The position numbers and the translations under genes were made by a program. Below the pieces are notes generated by a model, which saw nothing but the letters and a program-made list of their open reading frames with translations, made no database searches and was not told where the DNA came from. This document shows positions 1 through 7,775 of a stretch of 59,575 nt of DNA, in pieces. How positions within the stretch are numbered: position 1 is the stretch's first letter; each line of letters begins with the position of its first letter. The stretch is from Candidatus Aerophobota bacterium (GTDB lineage Bacteria > Aerophobota > Aerophobia > Aerophobales > JAGGVN01). The stretch is taken from the NCBI GenBank assembly GCA_021158005.1, contig JAGGVN010000075.1:1-59575 (forward strand), given 5' to 3'.

Positions 1-7
1 AAAGAAG

Positions 8-2311
8 ATGGCTGAGCTACCGAAGTTATTTAAAAAACTTACCTATTTAAAAAAAGGGAAGGGTCAGATAGGAATAATTTTTATCTTTCTTATTTTATCT
101 TTACTCGGAATAATGGGAATTAGCTTTCTTTACAGGATGAAACTTGAAGAAAAAGCAGTCTATAATTATCAAAATAGTCTTAAGGCTGACTATCTTGCTC
201 AAGCAGGAGTGGCAAGAGCTATAGCAGAATTAAAGAATGATAATAACGGATACGATGATCTCTACGAAGATTGGGCAAAAGGATTTAAAGAATTCTTTGA
301 AAATGGAAGATATGATGTCTCTTTCCATTTAGCCACTGATGATGAAAACTATAAAGAATCAGAAGATGATGAACCGCTGGGAATATTTGATGAAGGGAGT
401 AAAATAAATATTAATACGGCGGGCAGAGGAGAATATAATCAGGGATGGAGTCCTTACGAGATTAACCTGGGAGCATTATCTATTATAAATGAACAGCTCT
501 CTTCTGATGGAATGGATAATGATAGAGATGGATTAATAGATGAAGAGAATGAGGGAGTAGATGCTATCATAAACTATCGTTACGGAAAAGACTGCTCTCC
601 GGGAGTAAAAGGAGTAGACGATGATGAAGATAACCTTATCCTCTGTTCTGACGGAATAGATAATGATGCAGATGGATGGATAGATGAGAATGATGAAGGT
701 GTTGATGAGCCTGATGAATTCCGGCCGGATAACCCTTATGGAGATGATAATCCTTTTGAAACGGTGGAAGAGATAAGGCTTGTCCCGGGAATAGGAGAAG
801 CTACTTTTAAGAAAATAAAAGATTTTATTACTGTTTATTCTTATGATAGAGAGGTTGATAAAGAAGGGAACACCCGGGTAAACATTAATACTGCTTCTCC
901 TTCCCGAATTAGCCAAATTCTTCAAAAAACAGGTATTCCTTTAAGTAAAGCCAATCAGATAGCCGTTAATATAGTCGATTTTAGAGACGAAGATAATTAT
1001 CCTACTTCTTATAAAGGAAAATATGGTCTGGAAAAAACTCCTTACATTAATGAAGTAATGCCTCACTTTACTCTCTCTATAAACACAGCCGCAAAAGATT
1101 TAATAAAGGGAGGAACAAAATATTTATTAGATAAGACAGAAGAAATAATTACCAAGAAATTAGGAGAGCAAAATAAAAGAGGACTCTCTATAATAATGGA
1201 TAAAGTAGAGGAAAAGGTGTTAAAAAAAGAAGATGATTTAATGGATAAAATAGAGAAGATAATAAAAAAACAGAGATCTGCGAAAATAAGTAGCAAAATT
1301 TTTAGAATAAAAGCAGCCCAGGCTAAGAAATTAGAAGAAGAAAAGATAAAAATAGATATAGAAATTGAATGGATAGAATTATTTAATCCTTACGAAATCT
1401 CCTTAGAGATAAAAGGGTGGGAAATAAGAAGTTCCCGGGGTAAAAGGATTCTCCGGGGAAGAATAAATAAAAGAGGATATAGACTAATCTTTAATATAGT
1501 AATATCTATAGGTGGAGAAGATAGCGGGAAGGAACTTCTGGACAATTATGATGATACTGTAATCTTAAAGAATAACCGGGGAGACATAGTAGATAAGGTC
1601 ACCTATCATAATTACGGAGCCCCATGGAATGCTTTTGAGAAAAACGATCCCCGGGTTAGAGAGTTTAGCTCTTCTATTCCTGGGGGAAGTCCGGGATTTC
1701 CTAATTGGTTCTGGATGCCGGATGTAGGAGAAGGGAAAGATAAAGATGATTATAGTAGTTTTTACATAAAGAATAAACCTTTTGCCAATATTGGAGAAAT
1801 AGGATATATTCATACCGGGAAACAGTGGACAACAATAAAACTTTCTTATCCCGAGGGAGAATGGCAAATCCTTGATAAAATTACTATTTTCAACCCCAAA
1901 AATGAAATAGTAGAGGGTAAAATAAACATTAATACGGCAAGTTTTGCGGTATTAAAGTCTCTACCCGGGATCGACTCTTCCATAGCTACCTCTATTATTA
2001 ACTACGGGAAAAAAGAACCTTTTAAAGAAGTGGGTGAATTATTGAAGGTTATTCTCCTGGGAAAAGCAGGATATAACGGGGAAGACGATGATAAAGATGG
2101 ATATATCGATGAGGAGGATGAAAAAGAGATGGTCTTCCGCTCTCTCTCCAATCTTATTACCGTTCGCTCTAATTGTTATACTATTGTCTCCTGCGGACAG
2201 GTGATAGAAAGAGGGGAAGTAATAGCGGAAAGTAAAATAAAAGCTATTATTGATAAAAGTACTTCCCCTCTTAAAACAAAATATTACCGCCACCTCTACT
2301 CATCCGATTAA
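8..2311 (+). CDS. GspK-like type II secretion / pseudopilin-family protein with helix-hairpin-helix modules, three acidic DxDxDG motifs and an inserted lamin-tail domain
   Basis: N-terminal basic stretch plus a hydrophobic helix (KKGKGQIGIIFIFLILSLLGIMGISFL). GspK-like AQAGVARAIAEL...DWAKGF and FDEGSKININTA. Two further (V/I)NINTAS HhH-type modules, one with LVPGIGEATFKKI. Lamin-tail-domain signature PYINEV ... EWIELFNPYEISLEIKGWEI ... DTVILKNNRGDIVDKVTYHNYG. The 5' end sits at the window edge, so upstream pseudopilin genes cannot be seen. Confidence 0.6.
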   Translation: MAELPKLFKKLTYLKKGKGQIGIIFIFLILSLLGIMGISFLYRMKLEEKAVYNYQNSLKADYLAQAGVARAIAELKNDNNGYDDLYEDWAKGFKEFFENGRYDVSFHLATDDENYKESEDDEPLGIFDEGSKININTAGRGEYNQGWSPYEINLGALSIINEQLSSDGMDNDRDGLIDEENEGVDAIINYRYGKDCSPGVKGVDDDEDNLILCSDGIDNDADGWIDENDEGVDEPDEFRPDNPYGDDNPFETVEEIRLVPGIGEATFKKIKDFITVYSYDREVDKEGNTRVNINTASPSRISQILQKTGIPLSKANQIAVNIVDFRDEDNYPTSYKGKYGLEKTPYINEVMPHFTLSINTAAKDLIKGGTKYLLDKTEEIITKKLGEQNKRGLSIIMDKVEEKVLKKEDDLMDKIEKIIKKQRSAKISSKIFRIKAAQAKKLEEEKIKIDIEIEWIELFNPYEISLEIKGWEIRSSRGKRILRGRINKRGYRLIFNIVISIGGEDSGKELLDNYDDTVILKNNRGDIVDKVTYHNYGAPWNAFEKNDPRVREFSSSIPGGSPGFPNWFWMPDVGEGKDKDDYSSFYIKNKPFANIGEIGYIHTGKQWTTIKLSYPEGEWQILDKITIFNPKNEIVEGKININTASFAVLKSLPGIDSSIATSIINYGKKEPFKEVGELLKVILLGKAGYNGEDDDKDGYIDEEDEKEMVFRSLSNLITVRSNCYTIVSCGQVIERGEVIAESKIKAIIDKSTSPLKTKYYRHLYSSD

Positions 2312-2364
2312 GACCTCCCCAGGAAAATATTAGACTCGTAAGAGAAGAATGAATCTATTACTCT

Positions 2365-3477
2365 TTATATGATTGCCTTTTCCGTATCTTTCTCAAAAGT
2401 GTGCATTTTAGTAAGGTCAAGAGTAACTTTCTTCTTCTCTCCTCTGTTTAGCCCCATAGCTTCCCTACTGGTCAAAGATACTAAAGCCTGATTTCCCGGT
2501 TCAGGCGTATTAAGATGCACAAGGGTTTCTGTCCCTAAGGGTTCTACCATTTCTACTGTTACCGGAATGCTATTTTCTTCATTAGAAGGAATAGGCGCTC
2601 TTTCTAAATAAACATCTTCCGGTCTAATTCCAAATATTACCTCTTTATCAAGGTAATTCTTTAAAGAAGAGGCGAACTCCTCTGGAATTTTGAGCATAAA
2701 ACCTTTTCCATCTATCCACAATCCTTCTTTTCTAATAACTTTTGCCTCCAGAAAGTTCATTGCTGGACTTCCAATAAATCCTGCTACATGTTTGTTTTGA
2801 GGATGATCGTATAATTCACTGGGAGTTCCCACTTGCTGAAGAACACCATGACTAAGAACAGCTACTCTATCCCCCATTGTCATAGCTTCAGTCTGATCAT
2901 GAGTAACATATAAAGTTGTAACCTCTAATCGCTTTTGAAGTTTTATAATATCATTTCTGACTTGATTTCTCAGTTTTGCATCTAAATTGCTCAATGGTTC
3001 ATCAAAAAGAAATATTTCGGCGTGTTTAACAATCGCTCTGCAAAGTGCTATTCTTTGTCTTTCTCCTCCAGAGAGCTCGCCAGGTCTACGATTCAACAAC
3101 TCCTTGGGAAACTCAGCTAAGTCAACAGCAGCCATAATTTCTTTTTCTCTTTGTCTCCGGGGAATACCGGCTACCTTAAGAGGAAATTCAATATTCTCTT
3201 TAGCCGTTAAATGAGGGTAAAGAGCATATTCCTGAAATACCATCCCTACTTTTCTATCCTTGGGAGGAATCTCGTTAATGAGCCGGTCTCCAATATATAT
3301 CTCTCCAGAACTTATCACTTCCAGACCGGCAATCATCCTTAAAGTGGAAGACTTTCCACAACCAGAAGGTCCCACCATCACCATAAATTCCTTATCTTTC
3401 ACCTCTAAATTCATATTCCTTACCGCTACTACATCACCATAGGTTTTGGTTACATTTTTTAATAAAAGTCTTGCCAT
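2365..3477 (-). CDS. Sugar-type ABC transporter ATP-binding protein (MalK/UgpC/MsmK family), with no cognate permease in the window
   Basis: Walker A GPSGCGKSS, Q-loop VFQEYALYPHLT, signature LSGGERQR, Walker B IFLFDEPLSNLD, H-loop YVTHDQ. Has the C-terminal MalK-like regulatory/TOBE-type extension. Confidence 0.9.
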   Translation of the reverse strand: MARLLLKNVTKTYGDVVAVRNMNLEVKDKEFMVMVGPSGCGKSSTLRMIAGLEVISSGEIYIGDRLINEIPPKDRKVGMVFQEYALYPHLTAKENIEFPLKVAGIPRRQREKEIMAAVDLAEFPKELLNRRPGELSGGERQRIALCRAIVKHAEIFLFDEPLSNLDAKLRNQVRNDIIKLQKRLEVTTLYVTHDQTEAMTMGDRVAVLSHGVLQQVGTPSELYDHPQNKHVAGFIGSPAMNFLEAKVIRKEGLWIDGKGFMLKIPEEFASSLKNYLDKEVIFGIRPEDVYLERAPIPSNEENSIPVTVEMVEPLGTETLVHLNTPEPGNQALVSLTSREAMGLNRGEKKKVTLDLTKMHTFEKDTEKAII

Positions 3478-3538
3478 TTTTATCTCCCTCCTTTATTATT
3501 CTTCTTAAAAAATTAAAAAAGGTATATCTTTTTATTGA

Positions 3539-4243
3539 TTAAGAACCTTTGTTCAAAAATCGATTAAATATATTCCTTTTTAACCACCACTTTCCCCAAA
3601 GAGATGTTTGAGGTCTAATCCTTATTCCCAGAAAGTGCATATGGTTAAGTGTCCGGGCTTTAATTAAAGGCATTATCTCTCTTTCCTTAACTTTAAACAT
3701 CTCACTCATCATTTTTATCTCTTCTTCCCGTGGATACTGGACTACATCCTCAGGAGTAGAAAAACAAATAGCTGCATATATGGGGACGTAAGTTCCCAAT
3801 CTTCCCAGATATCTCCAGTAAATTTCATCGAGTTTATCCGTAAGAGGGTTGGAAGGAGCATATTGCTCTATACCGTGGTAAGTAAGATTCCCTCTTTTAA
3901 TATTTGTATAGAGAGTAGTCAATAAACCTTCAGAAATTTCTGGCTTTTGAGAAGGTAAGTGCCAAAATTCTATTGCTCTAATCTTCGGAAATTTGATATA
4001 GCCCACCTTTTCCGAGATAAAGGATTGTTTGTATAAAGAAAACAATGCTTCTTCTGCCTTTTTCCTCAAAGACTTCTCCTTTACTCTTTTTTCAAATTCT
4101 TCACCGATAAAAGAAATCCAGGTCTCATCAAGAACGATAGGTTCGGTAAAAGATTCTACAAATTGTTTTACTTTCCTGATCTCAAAATGAAGATCTGGAG
4201 AGCAAGCTCTATAAACTTCGTTTCTTAAGTTAAAAATTTTCAT
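3539..4243 (-). CDS. Hypothetical protein (234 aa), no recognisable motif
   Basis: Long ORF co-directional with its neighbours, with an 18-nt gap upstream and a 61-nt gap downstream. I recognise no family signature. Confidence 0.45.
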   Translation of the reverse strand: MKIFNLRNEVYRACSPDLHFEIRKVKQFVESFTEPIVLDETWISFIGEEFEKRVKEKSLRKKAEEALFSLYKQSFISEKVGYIKFPKIRAIEFWHLPSQKPEISEGLLTTLYTNIKRGNLTYHGIEQYAPSNPLTDKLDEIYWRYLGRLGTYVPIYAAICFSTPEDVVQYPREEEIKMMSEMFKVKEREIMPLIKARTLNHMHFLGIRIRPQTSLWGKWWLKRNIFNRFLNKGS

Positions 4244-4261
4244 CTTTAATTCCCGGGAAAT

Positions 4262-6298
4262 TCACAACTTAACTTCCAGAAAGTTTAGATGAAATTCTTG
4301 AGCAAGCTTTTTATTATATTCCTCAGCCGTATAATAAGCATCAATACATTCCCAGATTTTGAAAACAGTGAAACTAAAAATTCCTAAATTTCGAGTGGAT
4401 TCCTCCCTCATTAAAAAAAGAGAACCTACCTCCAGAAGAAAAAATTTTATTCCCCGCTCTTCTCTTTCACAATAAATATGCCCCAGAGAAGGAAAGATTA
4501 AAGCTCCCCCTACCGCTATTCCGGGTTCTTTTCTCTTCATCCCGTACCTTAATATATTTTCTGGAGGAGCTTCCACTCTTCTTTGAGAAACAGCGTATTT
4601 CAGGGGAATATCGGGAAGAGAATCATTATTTAAATCAGGTAAAATTTGCAGATAATCAACCAGCGCTTTCCACCCTTTAAGCTCTTGAATACCCTCGAGG
4701 GAAGAATTTATATCTATAAGAACCTTTTTTCTTCCTTCTCCAAAAATATTGAGAGGATTTCCTTTAAAGTCCTTGAGAGTTATAAAAAGGGAGAAAAGAT
4801 TCATTGTAAGAAAATCAGTGACTACTTTATAAAGAGTATTCTCCTGTAAAGAAAGTGGAGTATAACTTTTATCTTCCGGGTTCCATTTTTCTATCTTTAC
4901 TACCTTATTAAAGAGAGGGCGGAGAATGTCGTATTTAAATCTTAATCCAGAAATTTGAAAAAAAGCTTTGTTTCCTAAGATTTGCGAGAAAAAGATAGAG
5001 ACCTCTAAAATTTGCTTAATTTGACGAGTATTAAGATAAAAACTAACCAAGGGATAACCACATTTTCCATCCAAACCCAATCCCAGAGGTAGGACTCGAA
5101 ATACATCCGCGGGAGTAATTTCTCCTTCAGTTATTCCTTCGCGGATAAGAGCATTGGGTAAAAAAACAAAATCTACAGGCCGTTCTGACTGATGTGAACT
5201 TACTACCTCCTTAATAGCATCAGTAACTAAATTACCCAGCTCGCTATCTCTCAAAAAACCTCTTCCGGTTAAATTAAAACTTGTCTTGGCTAAAGAAGAA
5301 GAAAAAGATAAACCTAAGGGCTTTAATATCTCTACATTAATAATTTTAGAATATTGGTCAACTGCTTTTTGAATAAATTTATCTCTTTTAATATTCTCAT
5401 TAAGAGGAATAAGCCTATAATCTCTTATTAAAACTTTCCCTTTATTTACAGAAATTTCTAATTTTCCTAAGTATTTAAGATAACAACCAGCCTCTACTAT
5501 GAGAGTATCCTTTATCCAAAGAGGACTGCATAGAGAAAGATGGTCATGTCCGGCGATAATTATATCAATACCTTCAATTTTCTCTGCTAATTTTTTATCT
5601 TCATCAACTCCCGAGTGAGAAAGGCAAATTAAAAGGTCAATACCTTTACTTTTCACCTCATCTACTAATCTTTGGAGAAAATCCTCATTATGATTAAATC
5701 TTACCGGAAATTTATTTACAGCAGTTATTTCTGCATTTTTTCCCAATAAACCGATAATACCCACTTTTATACCATTAGATAAAATCTTAATAAGATAAGG
5801 TCTAATCATCCCCCTCTTATATAACTTTCTCAACTCGTTATCTCCAGAAAAGAGAGGGTCAAAAAGAATATTAGAAGAAATAATAGGAATGCTACCTTTC
5901 TTTTCCCGGGCAACAGAGATAACTTTTGCCAGAAAAGAAGGAGAAAAATCAAATTCATGATTCCCCAGAGTAGTAGCATCGTATCCAAGAACTTTCATTA
6001 AATTCAGTTCTGCGCTCTCCCTGGTAGCTATGCAGCTATAAAGTGTCCCCATCATAAAATCACCACTATCCAGAAGCAAAACGGGTTCGTTATGTAGCCT
6101 CTTTTCCTCCCTAATCTCCTCAACTTTTGTAGATAAGAGAGGAAATTGACTTAAATGAGAGTGAATATCATTAGTATGAAGAATCGTCAAGTTGGCAGCT
6201 TTTATAAAAATTGACTCTCCATTTAAAAAAAGAAAAAAAACTGTTAATAATAATATTTGATATTCTTTCCTAAATAAAATTTCTCTCTTTTTTATCAT
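4262..6298 (-). CDS. Bifunctional metallophosphatase / 5'-nucleotidase (UshA-like) with an N-terminal signal/anchor and an extra hydrophobic C-terminal segment
   Basis: Calcineurin-like motifs HTNDIHSH, SGDFMMG, GNHEFD, SHSG, GHDH, followed by a 5'-nucleotidase C-terminal domain (GNLVTDAI). The last ~100 aa contain hydrophobic stretches (GIAVGGALIFPSLGHIY, FFLLEVGSLFL). Confidence 0.8.
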   Translation of the reverse strand: MIKKREILFRKEYQILLLTVFFLFLNGESIFIKAANLTILHTNDIHSHLSQFPLLSTKVEEIREEKRLHNEPVLLLDSGDFMMGTLYSCIATRESAELNLMKVLGYDATTLGNHEFDFSPSFLAKVISVAREKKGSIPIISSNILFDPLFSGDNELRKLYKRGMIRPYLIKILSNGIKVGIIGLLGKNAEITAVNKFPVRFNHNEDFLQRLVDEVKSKGIDLLICLSHSGVDEDKKLAEKIEGIDIIIAGHDHLSLCSPLWIKDTLIVEAGCYLKYLGKLEISVNKGKVLIRDYRLIPLNENIKRDKFIQKAVDQYSKIINVEILKPLGLSFSSSLAKTSFNLTGRGFLRDSELGNLVTDAIKEVVSSHQSERPVDFVFLPNALIREGITEGEITPADVFRVLPLGLGLDGKCGYPLVSFYLNTRQIKQILEVSIFFSQILGNKAFFQISGLRFKYDILRPLFNKVVKIEKWNPEDKSYTPLSLQENTLYKVVTDFLTMNLFSLFITLKDFKGNPLNIFGEGRKKVLIDINSSLEGIQELKGWKALVDYLQILPDLNNDSLPDIPLKYAVSQRRVEAPPENILRYGMKRKEPGIAVGGALIFPSLGHIYCEREERGIKFFLLEVGSLFLMREESTRNLGIFSFTVFKIWECIDAYYTAEEYNKKLAQEFHLNFLEVKL

Positions 6299-6350
6299 TG
6301 AAAACCTACAGAGAACAAATCTCGAAATGATAGATAAAAAAATTTACCTC

Positions 6351-7772
6351 TCACTGGCCAGTTGAAAAAGATTTTGCGCAACGGAAGCCTACATCACTTC
6401 CCGATTTTTCCGGACTATATTTAAATCGGTTAGCACAGTACATTAGAGTTAAAGGATTATAAAAACTCCCACCTCGAAGAACCCGCTCAGAACCTTCCCG
6501 GGGACCAGAAGGATTCTTCCGGGGACTATTTTCATAATATCTCTCATTATACCAGTCACTACACCATTCCCAAACATTTCCCGCCATATCATAACAACCA
6601 TAGGGAGATACTCCTGAGGGATAACTACCTACGGGAAGAGTATTAGTGGAATTGTAATTAGCCTTCTTCTCTGCAAGAGAATCTCCCCAGGGGTATTTTT
6701 TCCCTTCCTTTCCCCTGGCTGCTTTTTCCCATTCTGCCTCTGTAGGAAGTCTCTTTCCTGCCCATTGAGCATAATCTCTAGCACCAAACCAGGTTACTTC
6801 AACTACCGGATGCCTCTCATAACCTTTTTTAGGATAATATTTGCCACCCCGCTCTTCAATCCGGCAATCTTCATCATCTATGTTAAGTCTTAAATACCCT
6901 TCTTCACTTCTATTACCTTCTTCATTGAGAAATCGGCAATACTCCTCATTAGTTACCTCATATTTATCAATATAATAAGCATCCAAATAAACAGAATGAA
7001 GGGGAGACTCATCTTTCTCTCCTTCGTTACTCCCCATTAGAAATTCTCCTGCAGGAATAAAAACCATTTCCTCCAGACCTGTCTCCTCTTTAAGAGTAGC
7101 AAATTCTTTTGAAAAATCAAAATTAATTTCACTGAACATCTCTTCGCAAATAGACTCTATATTTCCGTTATTTAGCTTTATAACAATTTCATCTTCCTTG
7201 AGAGTCCCCTGAAAAATATCTCCCTTTTTGGTAGTAATTTCCACAATAGGCACTCCTTCTTCTGAGAAAACTATATGTTTTAACCTCTCCTTCTCAAGGA
7301 ATATAGATAAATAAGGAGTTTCTATCTCCAATCCTTTTTCTTGAATTTCTCCAAAGAAAAGGTCTCCGTTACTCATTTTAAAAAGAGTAGTCCTTCCCTC
7401 TACCGGTCTTCTCTTATGGGTAAAGAGTATCTTCGATATTTTTTCTTTAAGAATAACAATTTCTTTCTCTTCAGGAAGTCTGAAGTTTATATATGAATTT
7501 AAACATATTCCACTAAATTTTTCCAGGCTTATACTCAAAAAAAGGTCAATCTTTAAATCCTCCCTCTGAAAATTTATCTCTCTTAGCTCCTCATTTTGAA
7601 GAACAATTCTTGCATAAGGAGTTTGAATAGTAAAAAAACTGTTTAAAACTTCACCCGCAATTTTATCCCCGTTCTTCATAAATAAACTGTCTCCTACTCC
7701 TGCAGAAGTCATCACCATAATTATTAAAAGAAAAGAAATCAAGATGATAATAAAAAAATTCTTTAACGGCAT
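6351..7772 (-). CDS. SUMF1/FGE-fold (formylglycine-generating-enzyme-like) domain protein with an N-terminal signal anchor and three internal ~60-aa repeats
   Basis: C-terminal half has FIPAGEFLMGS, YYIDKYEVTNEEY, RLPTEAEWEKAARG, GNVWEWCSDWY, RVLRGGSF, GFRCAKS. N-terminal half repeats the pattern GD-x3-G-x(n)-TPY-x2-I-x-L-x2-E-x-L-x2-I-x-F three times. The start codon is 4 nt after the recG stop. Confidence 0.85.
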   Translation of the reverse strand: MPLKNFFIIILISFLLIIMVMTSAGVGDSLFMKNGDKIAGEVLNSFFTIQTPYARIVLQNEELREINFQREDLKIDLFLSISLEKFSGICLNSYINFRLPEEKEIVILKEKISKILFTHKRRPVEGRTTLFKMSNGDLFFGEIQEKGLEIETPYLSIFLEKERLKHIVFSEEGVPIVEITTKKGDIFQGTLKEDEIVIKLNNGNIESICEEMFSEINFDFSKEFATLKEETGLEEMVFIPAGEFLMGSNEGEKDESPLHSVYLDAYYIDKYEVTNEEYCRFLNEEGNRSEEGYLRLNIDDEDCRIEERGGKYYPKKGYERHPVVEVTWFGARDYAQWAGKRLPTEAEWEKAARGKEGKKYPWGDSLAEKKANYNSTNTLPVGSYPSGVSPYGCYDMAGNVWEWCSDWYNERYYENSPRKNPSGPREGSERVLRGGSFYNPLTLMYCANRFKYSPEKSGSDVGFRCAKSFSTGQ

Positions 7773-7775
7773 AAC

